Origin: a virus
DNA length: 64,000 bases
Reading direction: 5' to 3' (one strand)
IMG/VR virus record: IMGVR_UViG_3300047550_006186
The notes under the pieces were generated by a model. That model ran no database searches, was not told where the DNA came from, and saw only the letters and a list, made by a program, of their open reading frames with translations. This document shows, piece by piece, positions 16,655 through 26,114 of this stretch; within the stretch, counting starts at the first letter, position 1; each line of letters opens with the position of its first letter. The position numbers and the translations under genes are program-made.

Positions 16655-16675
16655 ACCTGCTCATAGCAGGTTCAC
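16633..16675. terminator. Bidirectional rho-independent terminator between convergent genes
   Basis: gtgaacctgct-cata-agcaggttcac then ttttctgtt; A-run on the other side. Confidence 0.6.
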
Positions 16676-16682
16676 TTTTCTG

Positions 16683-17009
16683 TTATTGTTCCACAGGCTC
16701 TAATTTGGCCAATCCGTAAAGTTGATTGGCCATCCGTTTGAGATTCAGTCTATTCAACTGCTGTAAAAGAGCAAGAGTGCGTCGATCTTGGGTATCTTTT
16801 TGTACAAGAGGCAAAGCTTTGTCAATTTCCATCTGTAGAACCATGATCAGATCAGCCACAGTTGTCACGTTGCTGTAGCTGTCTCTTCTATTAAACGTAT
16901 CCTCTTCTTTCTCCAGGCCAGGAGCGCCTCTTGATAGAGTTTGATTTAATGCTGTTTGTCCTTTGGTGATTTCAACAATCAAATCACGCCATTTTTGTAA
17001 ATCGTTCAT
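16683..17009 (-). CDS. Hypothetical protein (108 aa)
   Basis: ORF track; downstream of lysis cassette on minus strand. Confidence 0.45.
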   Translation of the reverse strand: MNDLQKWRDLIVEITKGQTALNQTLSRGAPGLEKEEDTFNRRDSYSNVTTVADLIMVLQMEIDKALPLVQKDTQDRRTLALLQQLNRLNLKRMANQLYGLAKLEPVEQ

Positions 17010-17017
17010 AGCTCTAT

Positions 17018-17596
17018 TTAAGAATGATTGACCTTGGCAACCTTTTCATTACCCCTGGTCCAGGCAGCCACACCCAAGATTGCTGCAAAGGAAAGATGAA
17101 TAAATCCTCCATTCTGCAAACTGAGACTGGTCCAAGGAGTATAGCTGATGTTCATGCCCATACCATGCAACAGAGCAGGCAACACCATGGTCAAAGCAGG
17201 AAATACCACAAAATCTACAAAACAGATCAGCATATACAACCAAGCAGCAGCTGGTCTCCAATAGCTTTTGACCCAATGTTCTTCCTTTTGGGGATTGGCA
17301 GCTTGATTGGCCATCATCTGTCCAAAAAACTGAGTAGCTTGGCTATTATTGTTGGTATTCATGTTGTTCATGTTGTTCATGGAACTGTTCATGGTATTCA
17401 TGCCGCCCATACCACTGTTCATGGAATTCATAGAATTAGGAACACTGGTGTTGACAGTACTGTTTACTGGTGGACTGCTCACAGGTGGTTTGGGTGGTGG
17501 TAGCTTGGGTGGTGCAGTAACAGGAGGGGTGTCCTCCATGTTTGCTCGGGGTCTCATTGGTGGATCGTCATCATCATCCATGGGATTGGCAGGCAT
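17018..17596 (-). CDS. Membrane protein with N-terminal Pro/Asn/Met-rich low-complexity region and C-terminal 2-3 TM segments (possible holin)
   Basis: C-terminal WLYMLICFVDFVVFPALTMVLPALL + GGFIHLSFAAILGVAAW; located directly after endolysin and spanin genes. Confidence 0.35.
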   Translation of the reverse strand: MPANPMDDDDDPPMRPRANMEDTPPVTAPPKLPPPKPPVSSPPVNSTVNTSVPNSMNSMNSGMGGMNTMNSSMNNMNNMNTNNNSQATQFFGQMMANQAANPQKEEHWVKSYWRPAAAWLYMLICFVDFVVFPALTMVLPALLHGMGMNISYTPWTSLSLQNGGFIHLSFAAILGVAAWTRGNEKVAKVNHS

Positions 17597-17650
17597 AGTG
17601 TGCTTCCTTGATTAATAATCCTATTTAAAAACTATCTAGTAGATAGTTAA

Positions 17651-18034
17651 CTACTCAGATTTTTTGGGGGCAGATGATTGAGCTTGTTCATTGTATTTGC
17701 TGGTGAGTGTACGATAATAGACAATTATACTTTGTTGTTGTTCAATGTATCTACGCAGATCTGCCACATTGAGTGCCATGTTCTCATAGTCTCTGGTTGA
17801 TATAGCAAAGAATACGGGATTGTTTCCACCCTGGTTGGTTCGTAATTCCGATAAAAAGCTTTCCAAATTGTCCTTGTTGACTACTTTGAATTGTACAGGC
17901 AACATGGTAACTCCGTTGGGATCTGCAGTCTTGGCAAGATCTATCTCCAAAGGGTGAGTTGTCACAGTTATGCCTTGCCCTCCTCCACATGCAACAAGCA
18001 AAAGACAAATCGAGATTACAGATAATATTTTCAT
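17651..18034 (-). CDS. Outer-membrane lipoprotein, probable o-spanin
   Basis: Signal + lipobox LLLVAC; start codon overlaps i-spanin stop (ATGA); 127 aa is large for an o-spanin. Confidence 0.5.
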   Translation of the reverse strand: MKILSVISICLLLVACGGGQGITVTTHPLEIDLAKTADPNGVTMLPVQFKVVNKDNLESFLSELRTNQGGNNPVFFAISTRDYENMALNVADLRRYIEQQQSIIVYYRTLTSKYNEQAQSSAPKKSE

Positions 18035-18621
18035 TAAGATCCTCCTGATCGTTGTGGGGGTCTAGGCGGAGGCTGAGGACTGCTTTTGGTGCTAGTGTTA
18101 GTAGCGGCCGGCTTTGTTGCTGGCGTAGAGTTGGTGCTAGTGCTAGACACATCAGGTTTATTACCACCCAATGGCTGTTTGACATCACTGGTATCCACTG
18201 TTGTAGCAGGCGGTGTTGGTGGCGCGGGGCGATCTTTGGGAGATGTGACAGTTTCAATATCTCTAAATGCTTGAGTGGTGGCTCTGTTGACCTTGGCTTC
18301 CAGGTCACTTGCATTGTTTCTTGCCATGGCTTGTAAATCTGCTTTGCGTAGTTTTGTTTCCAATTCTCTACGAGTGGTTTCTGCATTGGCAAGACTTTGT
18401 TGCAGTTCAAACATAGCAGCATTTTGTCTCTCTGCTGCCTGTTTTTGAGCCGCAATTGTTTGTTCTTGTAGTTGGACGGCAGTTTCTAACTTGGCTTTGT
18501 CTTTGTTGAGTTGCATGATAGTATCCTGACTACTGGTGTAATACCAATAGCCAAGACCCACCATACATGCCATCACAGCAAATTGAATCAACACGACTTT
18601 GCCCATGATGCCACTCAACAT
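18034..18621 (-). CDS. i-spanin-like protein (Rz-like)
   Basis: N-terminal TM, long coiled coil, Pro-rich C-terminus; directly downstream of endolysin. Confidence 0.6.
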   Translation of the reverse strand: MLSGIMGKVVLIQFAVMACMVGLGYWYYTSSQDTIMQLNKDKAKLETAVQLQEQTIAAQKQAAERQNAAMFELQQSLANAETTRRELETKLRKADLQAMARNNASDLEAKVNRATTQAFRDIETVTSPKDRPAPPTPPATTVDTSDVKQPLGGNKPDVSSTSTNSTPATKPAATNTSTKSSPQPPPRPPQRSGGS

Positions 18622-18626
18622 GATAA

Positions 18627-19319
18627 TTATCCTTGTAAGGCTGCTAGGCAGCGTTGTAGTCGAGCATCTCGGTCAGATAATCCGTGAGTTCCACCGTTAA
18701 TCTTCTTGGTGATGGTCAAGTTATCCAAATGATCAGCATAATCATTCAAATGACGGCTGTTCCAGAACCAGCATGCACTGCGCACCGCACCATCCATTTC
18801 ACAAAGGATATCTGGTGTTTCCAAAAGAACATTGCTGTCACCATAAAGGGTTTCGCTGCAAGTTGTATAGTTGGTCTTGCCAGTGATTTGAATAATTCCA
18901 CGGCCTCTAAACTTCCAACCATCACCGCTGTGCTCATCGCCATTGCCCATGCGGTTGGCATAAACTCTGTTGGCAATTTTTTCTGGCTGACGTTGATATT
19001 GCATAGCTAGATCATCAGTGGGGAAATATTTGCCAAAAACTCCACGCAGTCCTTTGGCACTGTAGTTGAGATTTTCACTTACAAACTTGAAGTCACCGCT
19101 TTCGTGCCCCATTTGTGCCAACCAACAGGCCACCCTATTGACAGTGTTGATCTCATAATCTGGCAGAACGCTCACAATGTGTTCGTACCATTCATTTATA
19201 TGGCCATTATTGATACAATGCGCCAATTTTTCAGGTGTAAAATCAAAATCAAAACTCATATGAGCACCTTTTGGTTTATATTGACTGTATTTATGGACGG
19301 GTGAGATAGCTGCTGGCAA
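18627..19319 (-). CDS. Endolysin, glycoside hydrolase family 19 (chitinase-like lysozyme)
   Basis: GH19 signature LAQMGHESGDFKFVSENLNYSA...YANRMGNGDE...GDGWKFRGRGIIQITGKTNY; start may be the internal ATG (MSFDFDF, 19259). Confidence 0.75.
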   Translation of the reverse strand: MPAAISPVHKYSQYKPKGAHMSFDFDFTPEKLAHCINNGHINEWYEHIVSVLPDYEINTVNRVACWLAQMGHESGDFKFVSENLNYSAKGLRGVFGKYFPTDDLAMQYQRQPEKIANRVYANRMGNGDEHSGDGWKFRGRGIIQITGKTNYTTCSETLYGDSNVLLETPDILCEMDGAVRSACWFWNSRHLNDYADHLDNLTITKKINGGTHGLSDRDARLQRCLAALQG

Positions 19320-19347
19320 TTACACTGGTTATATCAAAGATCTACAC

Positions 19348-20718
19348 GTGATCAAAGGCTATGCCAAATATACCGCAGACTTCACTCCACCCACATTACC
19401 TATTGTGCCACAAACAGGCAGTGTGTTCCTCTTGCCGGTGATGACTGCTGGAGGAGCATTTGATGATGTTATTGGCTACAAATCGGCAATAGTTTCCAAC
19501 ACTCCCACCTACAGTGAGGATAACCCTTTTAGTTGGCCCACACAAACATTTACAGTGTTTGCATATGGTGGTGGCAACATTGCCTTGAATAGCCCATATG
19601 TGACTGATCCTCGACTGGGGTTGAAAGTGAGCGACACACAGGGATGGAACGACTATGTCTACAGCCTGGATATTCCTCAACATTTGACTTTCTACAGCAC
19701 TGTTCCACCACGAGACCCAGGTGAATTGTATACCATTCAAGAAGAAACCAACCCCTTGACTATAAGCATCAACTATGGAGGTAGCGGAGGTGGTGTTTCA
19801 CTCATTGAAGGCAGGCTCAGTCAATATCCTGCAACCATAGCACTCTTGGCAGTGAGAGCAGGCTGGACCTATCAAGATCCCAATGGGGGCACAGGCACCA
19901 TCACCAACAACGCCTATGTGAGTGACGGCAGCATTTTCCTTGTGGTGCCCGATGCCATACTGGGCACATGGACATTCACTCCTCCAGCCTATGGTGGTAG
20001 CCTGTTCTTTGATGCTGGTGACCACATCAGCTATGGCAACAGCATTGACTGGGCCATGGATGTGGATGCCATTGAAACCAACAACCTCAGCTTGAACTTG
20101 GACGCCAACAACAGCAACAGCTATCCTGGCACAGGCAGCACCTGGTATGATCTGAGTGTGGGTAACTTCTCCTTCAACTTGGTGGGATCGCCCTACTATT
20201 CAGCTGGAGCACACGCTAGCCTAGACTTCAATGGTACATCCCAGTATGCAACAGGACCAGCAGTAAACATGTTGCCAGGCAGTGCCTACAGCAAGATGAT
20301 TTGGTTCAAATTGGATGACATATTGGCAGATAACAATTTAGTCAGTAGCGACGCTGGTGGGCACTATATGTATTTTGCAGGTGGCAATAGGCTGTGGGCT
20401 GGACATTCAAATGTCCAGCCCTATTCAGGTCCAGGTGCATTTGGTTCTGTGGCTACATTTAGTCCCAACACCTGGTATTGCGTGACAGTCACCTATAGTG
20501 AAGCCAATGGCATCACTCTCTATATTAACGGTATCTTAGATAACAATGCACCCATGATTGCACACACCGGCAATGGCAGCACCAACTTGGCCTGCTTTGC
20601 AAGCGGCGGTAATTTGTTGAATGGCAAGATTGGGCGAGTTTTGTGTTATACTGCAGAACTTACTGCTCAACAAGTGCAACAGAACTTCAATGCTACTAGA
20701 AATCGTTATGGCATATGA
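19348..20718 (+). CDS. Concanavalin A-like lectin / LamG-domain protein (possible virion or fibre protein)
   Basis: LamG-like C-terminal pattern TWYCVTVTY...ITLYINGILDN...GKIGRVLCY; N- and G-rich. Confidence 0.5.
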   Translation: MIKGYAKYTADFTPPTLPIVPQTGSVFLLPVMTAGGAFDDVIGYKSAIVSNTPTYSEDNPFSWPTQTFTVFAYGGGNIALNSPYVTDPRLGLKVSDTQGWNDYVYSLDIPQHLTFYSTVPPRDPGELYTIQEETNPLTISINYGGSGGGVSLIEGRLSQYPATIALLAVRAGWTYQDPNGGTGTITNNAYVSDGSIFLVVPDAILGTWTFTPPAYGGSLFFDAGDHISYGNSIDWAMDVDAIETNNLSLNLDANNSNSYPGTGSTWYDLSVGNFSFNLVGSPYYSAGAHASLDFNGTSQYATGPAVNMLPGSAYSKMIWFKLDDILADNNLVSSDAGGHYMYFAGGNRLWAGHSNVQPYSGPGAFGSVATFSPNTWYCVTVTYSEANGITLYINGILDNNAPMIAHTGNGSTNLACFASGGNLLNGKIGRVLCYTAELTAQQVQQNFNATRNRYGI

Positions 20719-20751
20719 TTGGGGGAACAACATTAATAGTGTTCAAAAAAT

Positions 20752-21510
20752 ATGAGAGAGATCAACAAACACAATACAACCTTGTTTTTGATGCAAGTGC
20801 TTGCACATGGTGTGCTGCTGAGCATGCTAGTTTGGGCCAGTTGGCCACTTTGGTTTTTCACCTGCATAGGTTACTTCCTTCTGAGTTGTGTGGGTACTAG
20901 TATTGGTTATCACAGGCTATTTGCCCATGGAAGCTTCCAATCACCCAAATGGTTTGAACAATCCTGCTTGCATCTGGGCAACATGGCATTAGTGGGCAGC
21001 AGCATCAGCTGGACGGCCAGCCACAGAGCGCATCATCACCACTCGGATCAAAGCCCAGCAGACACCCACAGTCCACACCACCATCCCTGGTATCGCATAA
21101 TCCTGTTGGCCATGTTTCAACCCGTAAGCATGCGATATGTGAAAGATCTAGCACGCAACCATGATCATGTTTGGTGGCACAAAAATTATTTTCTAGTTCA
21201 TGGTGCGGTGTGGGGTCTAGGATTGCTTCTGGCACCACAATTCACGGCAGCATTTGTCATTGCACCACAAGCACTAACCTGGATTACGGGTGCCAGCTTG
21301 AACTGGGTGAACCACAAATGGGGCTATAGCAATCACAACACATGCGATCACAGTACCAACAATTGGTTCTACGCATTGGTATTTTGGGGAGAAGGCTGGC
21401 ACAACAACCATCACCACAATCCCAAACGATCCTATTTTGGTGAGCGTTGGTGGGAGATTGACGTTTCTGGCATGATTATCCGAATGATTGAAAAAAAGAA
21501 GTTGACTTAA
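20752..21510 (+). CDS. Delta-9 acyl-lipid/fatty-acid desaturase
   Basis: Three His boxes HRLFAH, HRAHHHHSD, EGWHNNHHHNP; 4 TM architecture. Confidence 0.7.
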   Translation: MREINKHNTTLFLMQVLAHGVLLSMLVWASWPLWFFTCIGYFLLSCVGTSIGYHRLFAHGSFQSPKWFEQSCLHLGNMALVGSSISWTASHRAHHHHSDQSPADTHSPHHHPWYRIILLAMFQPVSMRYVKDLARNHDHVWWHKNYFLVHGAVWGLGLLLAPQFTAAFVIAPQALTWITGASLNWVNHKWGYSNHNTCDHSTNNWFYALVFWGEGWHNNHHHNPKRSYFGERWWEIDVSGMIIRMIEKKKLT

Positions 21511-21587
21511 CAGCAACTGATCTTATATATAGGCATATGCAACAGGGATAGACCCTACCGCAGCCCAACAAGCAAAGGATTTTTGCT

Positions 21588-22652
21588 ATGAACAAAGAAT
21601 ACGATTTTCTGGTCTTCATTGGGCGGATGCAGCCACCCACTGTGGCACACTGCTCCATTATCGAGCAAGCTCTCCTAAAATCAAACAAAGTGATAGTGGT
21701 GCTGGGAAGCTGCAATAGTGCTCGCACCCTTCGCAACCCTTTCACATATGATGAGCGAGTTCTCATGCTGCGACGGTGCATGACCAACTCACAAAACGAA
21801 CAGATTATCACAGTGCCCATGGACGACTACACCTACAACGATGAAATGTGGGTGGTCAAGTTGCATGAGACTGTGAACCGTGCAATTTTGGAAAACATTC
21901 CTGGCAATTCACAATATTGCTATAACAACGGTATGATCAACCAGCGTGTGGGCCTGATTGGCCACGCCAAGGACAACACCAGCTACTACCTCAACCTGTT
22001 TCCTGAATGGGGCAGCGAGAACGTGCGCAATATTCCAGGAGTTGATGCCACCAGCCTGCGTGATGCATTTTTTGCACAAGGCATGCAGAGTGTGAACGAC
22101 ACGCTGGTGCGGCCTGGTGTGCGTGAATTTCTGGAGGATTTCATCCAGACCCTTGCTTACATCAACCTGCGCGAAGAGCGTGAATTTGTGGCCAAGTACA
22201 AGAAAGCCTGGGAAGCTGCGCCCTACCCGCCCACGTTCGTCACGGTTGATGCTGTGGTGGTGCAGAGCGGCCACGTGCTGTTGGTCAAGCGGGGAGCCAA
22301 TCCTGGCAAGGGGATGTGGGCCATGCCTGGTGGGTTCCTGGATCCCCTGGAGACCCTGGAACAGGGTGCCATGCGAGAGCTGCGGGAAGAGACCAAGCTC
22401 AAGGTGCCCGAACCTGTGCTGCGTGGCAGCATTGTGGCGCGGGAAACATATGATCATCCGCACCGCAGCAGCCGTGGCCGCACCATCACCACAGCATTTT
22501 TGATCCACCTCAAGCCTGCTGCCAAGTTGCCCAAGGTCAAGGGCAGTGATGATGCAGCAGAGGCTGATTGGGTCAGAATTGCTGACCTGGACCCGCACAC
22601 CTTGTTTGAAGACCACTACCATGTGATCATGAATTTGGTACGCAGGATCTAA
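21588..22652 (+). CDS. natV: Bifunctional NMN adenylyltransferase / Nudix ADP-ribose pyrophosphatase (NatV/NadM-Nudix)
   Basis: N-terminal nucleotidyltransferase (VFIGRMQPPTVAHCSII) + Nudix box GGFLDPLETLEQGAMRELREETKL. Confidence 0.8.
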   Translation: MNKEYDFLVFIGRMQPPTVAHCSIIEQALLKSNKVIVVLGSCNSARTLRNPFTYDERVLMLRRCMTNSQNEQIITVPMDDYTYNDEMWVVKLHETVNRAILENIPGNSQYCYNNGMINQRVGLIGHAKDNTSYYLNLFPEWGSENVRNIPGVDATSLRDAFFAQGMQSVNDTLVRPGVREFLEDFIQTLAYINLREEREFVAKYKKAWEAAPYPPTFVTVDAVVVQSGHVLLVKRGANPGKGMWAMPGGFLDPLETLEQGAMRELREETKLKVPEPVLRGSIVARETYDHPHRSSRGRTITTAFLIHLKPAAKLPKVKGSDDAAEADWVRIADLDPHTLFEDHYHVIMNLVRRI

Positions 22653-22790
22653 AAAATATCCCCTGTGCTGGGGATAAAAAACCACTTTACAAGCAATTTT
22701 TTTGGTGTTATTGTGGTAACATAAAGCACATGGACTAACAGCCTAGGATAGACCAGGGCTGAAACAACAACTGCAAAGGAGTTTTGCACC

Positions 22791-24206
22791 GTGGATAATG
22801 CTAACATTCTACTAACTGCCATGTCACTCAGGGCAGACAGTTACAAGTATTCTCACCATAATCAGTTACCTCCTGGTACAACCACCATCAACAGTTACAT
22901 TGAAAGCCGCGGTGGCAAGTTTGCCAACAGTGTGTTTTTTGGCCTGCAGGCCTGGATCAAGAGCTACCTGCTGCGACCGCTCACCAAGGCAGACATTGAT
23001 CTCACAGAAGAGATTGTGCTGGCTCATGGCGAGCCCTTCAACCGCGAAGGTTTTGATCGCATCATCAACGTGCATGGTGGCCATTGGCCAGTTGTGATCG
23101 AAGCTGTGCCTGAGGGCACTGTTCTGCCAGTTCGCAATGTGCTGGTGCAGATCCGCAACACGGATCCCACGATGCCCTGGGTAACCAGTTTCCTGGAAAC
23201 TGCTCTGCTGCGTGGTATTTGGTATCCCACCACAGTGGCCAGTCTCAGCTGGCATTGCAAGCAGATGATCCTGGATGCTTTGCGCAAGAGCAGCGAGGAT
23301 GCTCTAGGTCAGATCAACTTCAAGCTGCATGATTTTGGTGCACGAGGAGTCAGCAGCGGTGAAAGTGCTGCCCTGGGTGGCATGGCCCACCTGGTGAATT
23401 TCATGGGCACAGACACTGTGGAAGCTCTGGTGGCTGCCCGCATGCTGTATGGCGCTCAGATGGCAGGGTTTAGTATTCCTGCTATGGAACACAGTACTGT
23501 TACCAGCTGGGGTAGAGAGAACGAGGCATCAGCCTATGAAAACATGGTACGCAATTATGCTCGTCCAGGCAGTTTGGTGGCATGTGTGAGTGACAGCTAT
23601 GACATCTGGAACGCTGTCAGTAATATTTGGGGTGGAAATCTCAAGAGTCTGGTAGAAAACAGTGGTGCTACAATTGTTATTCGTCCCGACAGTGGTGACC
23701 CTCTCACTGTGCCTGTTCGTGTAGTTGAGAAGCTGGGTGAAAAGTTTGGCTTTACTATCAACAACAAGGGGTTTAAGGTTCTACCCAATTGTGTAAGGGT
23801 GATCCAGGGAGACGGTATTACAATTGACAGCATTCCAGTCATTCTCAAGAATCTACTGGATGCAGGATGGAGTGCTGATAACCTTGCCATGGGTATGGGT
23901 GGTGGACTTCTGCAAATGGTCAATCGAGACACAATGAAGTGGGCTATGAAGGCCAATGCCATGGAAATCAATGGAACTTGGAAGGATGTGTTCAAGGATC
24001 CAATTGATGACCCGGGAAAGACTAGCAAGAAGGGGGTGCTCAGTCTGGTCCGAAGCAATGGTATTGGCAGCAGCACATGGATTACCAAGCGGCGTGATGA
24101 GATGGCTATGGGTGAACAGGATCTTCTTGTGCCAGTGTTCAAAAATGGTGAGCTGCTGGTAGACGTAACCTTTGATCAGGTACGTGCCAACAGTCACCGA
24201 GGGTGA
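22791..24206 (+). CDS. nadV: Nicotinamide phosphoribosyltransferase (NAMPT/NadV)
   Basis: GTG start after AAGGAG SD; DSYKYSH motif and NAPRTase-family length (471 aa). Confidence 0.85.
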   Translation: MDNANILLTAMSLRADSYKYSHHNQLPPGTTTINSYIESRGGKFANSVFFGLQAWIKSYLLRPLTKADIDLTEEIVLAHGEPFNREGFDRIINVHGGHWPVVIEAVPEGTVLPVRNVLVQIRNTDPTMPWVTSFLETALLRGIWYPTTVASLSWHCKQMILDALRKSSEDALGQINFKLHDFGARGVSSGESAALGGMAHLVNFMGTDTVEALVAARMLYGAQMAGFSIPAMEHSTVTSWGRENEASAYENMVRNYARPGSLVACVSDSYDIWNAVSNIWGGNLKSLVENSGATIVIRPDSGDPLTVPVRVVEKLGEKFGFTINNKGFKVLPNCVRVIQGDGITIDSIPVILKNLLDAGWSADNLAMGMGGGLLQMVNRDTMKWAMKANAMEINGTWKDVFKDPIDDPGKTSKKGVLSLVRSNGIGSSTWITKRRDEMAMGEQDLLVPVFKNGELLVDVTFDQVRANSHRG

Positions 24207-24218
24207 TTTTTGATCAGG

Positions 24219-24250
24219 TCAAACCGCAGTCTACTGTAGACTGCGGTTTT
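24219..24250 (+). terminator. Rho-independent terminator after nadV
   Basis: aaccgcagtcta-ctg-tagactgcggtt then ttctgtg. Confidence 0.6.
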
Positions 24251-24395
24251 CTGTGACAATTATTGAGTGCATTAAACCTTTTCTTTTAGAATATCAAGTG
24301 TTTTTTGTTTGACACAAGCATGAGTTATATGCATTCTAAGAGTGCTACATTTGAGAGATAAATTATCTCTCAAATGTAGTTCGAAGGACATACTC

Positions 24396-24953
24396 ATGCA
24401 ATCACGATTTCAATCTTGGCACGAGCTAAGAGATTTAATTGCTCAGCGTAGTCTGATCAAAAATCAGAATTTCAAGCTCAGTAGTGGTTTAGATAGCAAT
24501 TATTTCTTTAACATGAAAATGACCATGTTAAATCCACAAGGTATTAATTGGATCACTGATGCTATCTTGGATATATTAGAAGGTTTACAATTCTCAAGCG
24601 TGGGTGGCATGGCAGTAGGTAGTGTGCCAATCACATCTAGTATTACTACCAAAAGTTTGTTTCGAGACAAATATTATCCATCTTTTTTTGTTAGAAAAGA
24701 AATTAAAGATCATGGGTTTCAAACCAAGATTGATGGTTACTGTGATCCAAATACAAAAGTGGTATTGATAGAAGATGTCACCACAACTGGTAAAAGCATT
24801 CTTCATGCAGTCAACGCTGTTGAACAAATTGGATGCACAGTTGATACGGTGATCACAGTTGTAGACAGGTTGGAAGGGGCAAGCTTAAATCTTTCCTCTA
24901 GAGGTATTAATTTGATTCCATTGTATATAAAAACAGATTTTGAACATGCATGA
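24396..24953 (+). CDS. Type I phosphoribosyltransferase (orotate PRTase-like)
   Basis: OPRT-like FKLSSGLDSNYFFN and PRPP-binding VVLIEDVTTTGKSI; AAGGA SD. Confidence 0.6.
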   Translation: MQSRFQSWHELRDLIAQRSLIKNQNFKLSSGLDSNYFFNMKMTMLNPQGINWITDAILDILEGLQFSSVGGMAVGSVPITSSITTKSLFRDKYYPSFFVRKEIKDHGFQTKIDGYCDPNTKVVLIEDVTTTGKSILHAVNAVEQIGCTVDTVITVVDRLEGASLNLSSRGINLIPLYIKTDFEHA

Positions 24954-25003
24954 TTATTTTGATCATTATGCATGATCTACATAGATTATGATTAATCGGG
25001 CAG

Positions 25004-25581
25004 GTGAACTACCACGCCCTAAAGGTCTGTGGCTTCCTGCTTAATCGTAGTGGCTGACATCTCACCCCAATGAGTGAGAATATCTGTCATCACATCCACA
25101 GGCGCTTGGGGCAGTTCCTGCCCTGCATGATCTATTGTCCATTGTTGATGTCCCCAGTTGCGGATGTTCACTGCTGCATTCGTGTCCCTGTGCTGAGTGA
25201 TTCCACATTCATCGCAATGATATTCTCTTTGCTTGAGATCCATGTGACTTTTGCGGGTGCCACATGCACTACAGGTCTTGCTACTGGGTAGCCACTGATT
25301 GATCTTGACAAGATAGTGGCCTTGCATTTGGCATTTGTAGGCCAATGCACCAATCAACATAGCCCAACTGGCATCAGCTATGCACTTGGCTGCGGGCTTG
25401 CTTTTTCTTTTCATCTCATCAATTTTCAGTGTTTCAACTGACACCAGGTCATGTGATTTGGCTATTCTCGCACTTGTCTGATCCTATAGCGATATCGCTG
25501 TTTTATAAATCTATTTGTATAATCTATTCAAAAAGCCGCTATCCATCCAGGGGCTAAAGCACCCTGGCTTTCCGCGGCGGG
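25004..25581 (-). mobile_element. Internally deleted (about 580 bp) copy of IS200/IS605-family element A
   Basis: RE (gtgaactaccacgccctaaagg...), 3' 430 bp of tnpB and LE (ccgctatccatccagg...ttccgcggcggg) with junction tctgat|cctatagcgatatcgctg. Confidence 0.6.
25019..25444 (-). pseudogene. tnpB: TnpB C-terminal fragment (141 aa)
   Basis: About 90% identical to C-terminus of TnpB copies at 39727 and 50182 (zinc-finger CSACGTRKSH...CDECG). Confidence 0.6.
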
Positions 25582-25595
25582 AGATAAGTAATTGT

Positions 25596-26114
25596 ATGAC
25601 CACACTGAAAGAGTTGACTTGGGAGAGTCATCAAAAAGCTGAGCAAACTGAGATCATGCAACAGTTGTTGAGCAACCAAATTACCAACAGGATGTATTGC
25701 AATTTGGTGTATACAAAATATCTTGTGTTTGCACAATTGGAAAACAGGATAGATTTTGTTACACCATGCTTGCATAGAGCACAAGCTGCCTTGAATGATT
25801 GGCAACAAATGCAATGCAGTTTGCCCAAATGTGTTCCCAGCTTGGAAACATATTTGGAATTGTTGCGAAAATTGGACAGTCATTTTGTATGGGCACATGT
25901 GTACGTGCATTATCTAGCCCCTTTGTATGGAGGACAGATCATCAAAAAGGTTATTCAACACAGATTTCCCACCAGCATGTATGAGTTTGATGACCCTATG
26001 AATGCAATAGCAGAAGTAAGATCAAAGGTGAATTTGGAGATGGCTGAGCAAGCCAATCTGGCATTTGATTATACTACAACATTTTTAAATGAACTTTATC
26101 TTGAGGAAAACTGA
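25596..26114 (+). CDS. ho1: Heme oxygenase
   Basis: LKELTWESHQKAEQTEIMQQL (proximal His helix) and HVYVHYLAPLYGGQIIKKVIQ ([21 protein letters not shown] in HO-1). Confidence 0.75.
   Translation: MTTLKELTWESHQKAEQTEIMQQLLSNQITNRMYCNLVYTKYLVFAQLENRIDFVTPCLHRAQAALNDWQQMQCSLPKCVPSLETYLELLRKLDSHFVWAHVYVHYLAPLYGGQIIKKVIQHRFPTSMYEFDDPMNAIAEVRSKVNLEMAEQANLAFDYTTTFLNELYLEEN

Noticed and set aside
17280-17480. Short tandem gttcatg repeats
   Set aside because: These are the coding low-complexity (Asn/Met/Ser-rich) region of ORF 17018..17596, not an independent repeat element.
22668-22700. Hairpin atcccc-tgtgct-ggggat after natV as a terminator
   Set aside because: It is flanked by A-runs on the plus strand, so T-runs on the minus strand, whereas the upstream gene is plus-strand. 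It is not a plus-strand intrinsic terminator.
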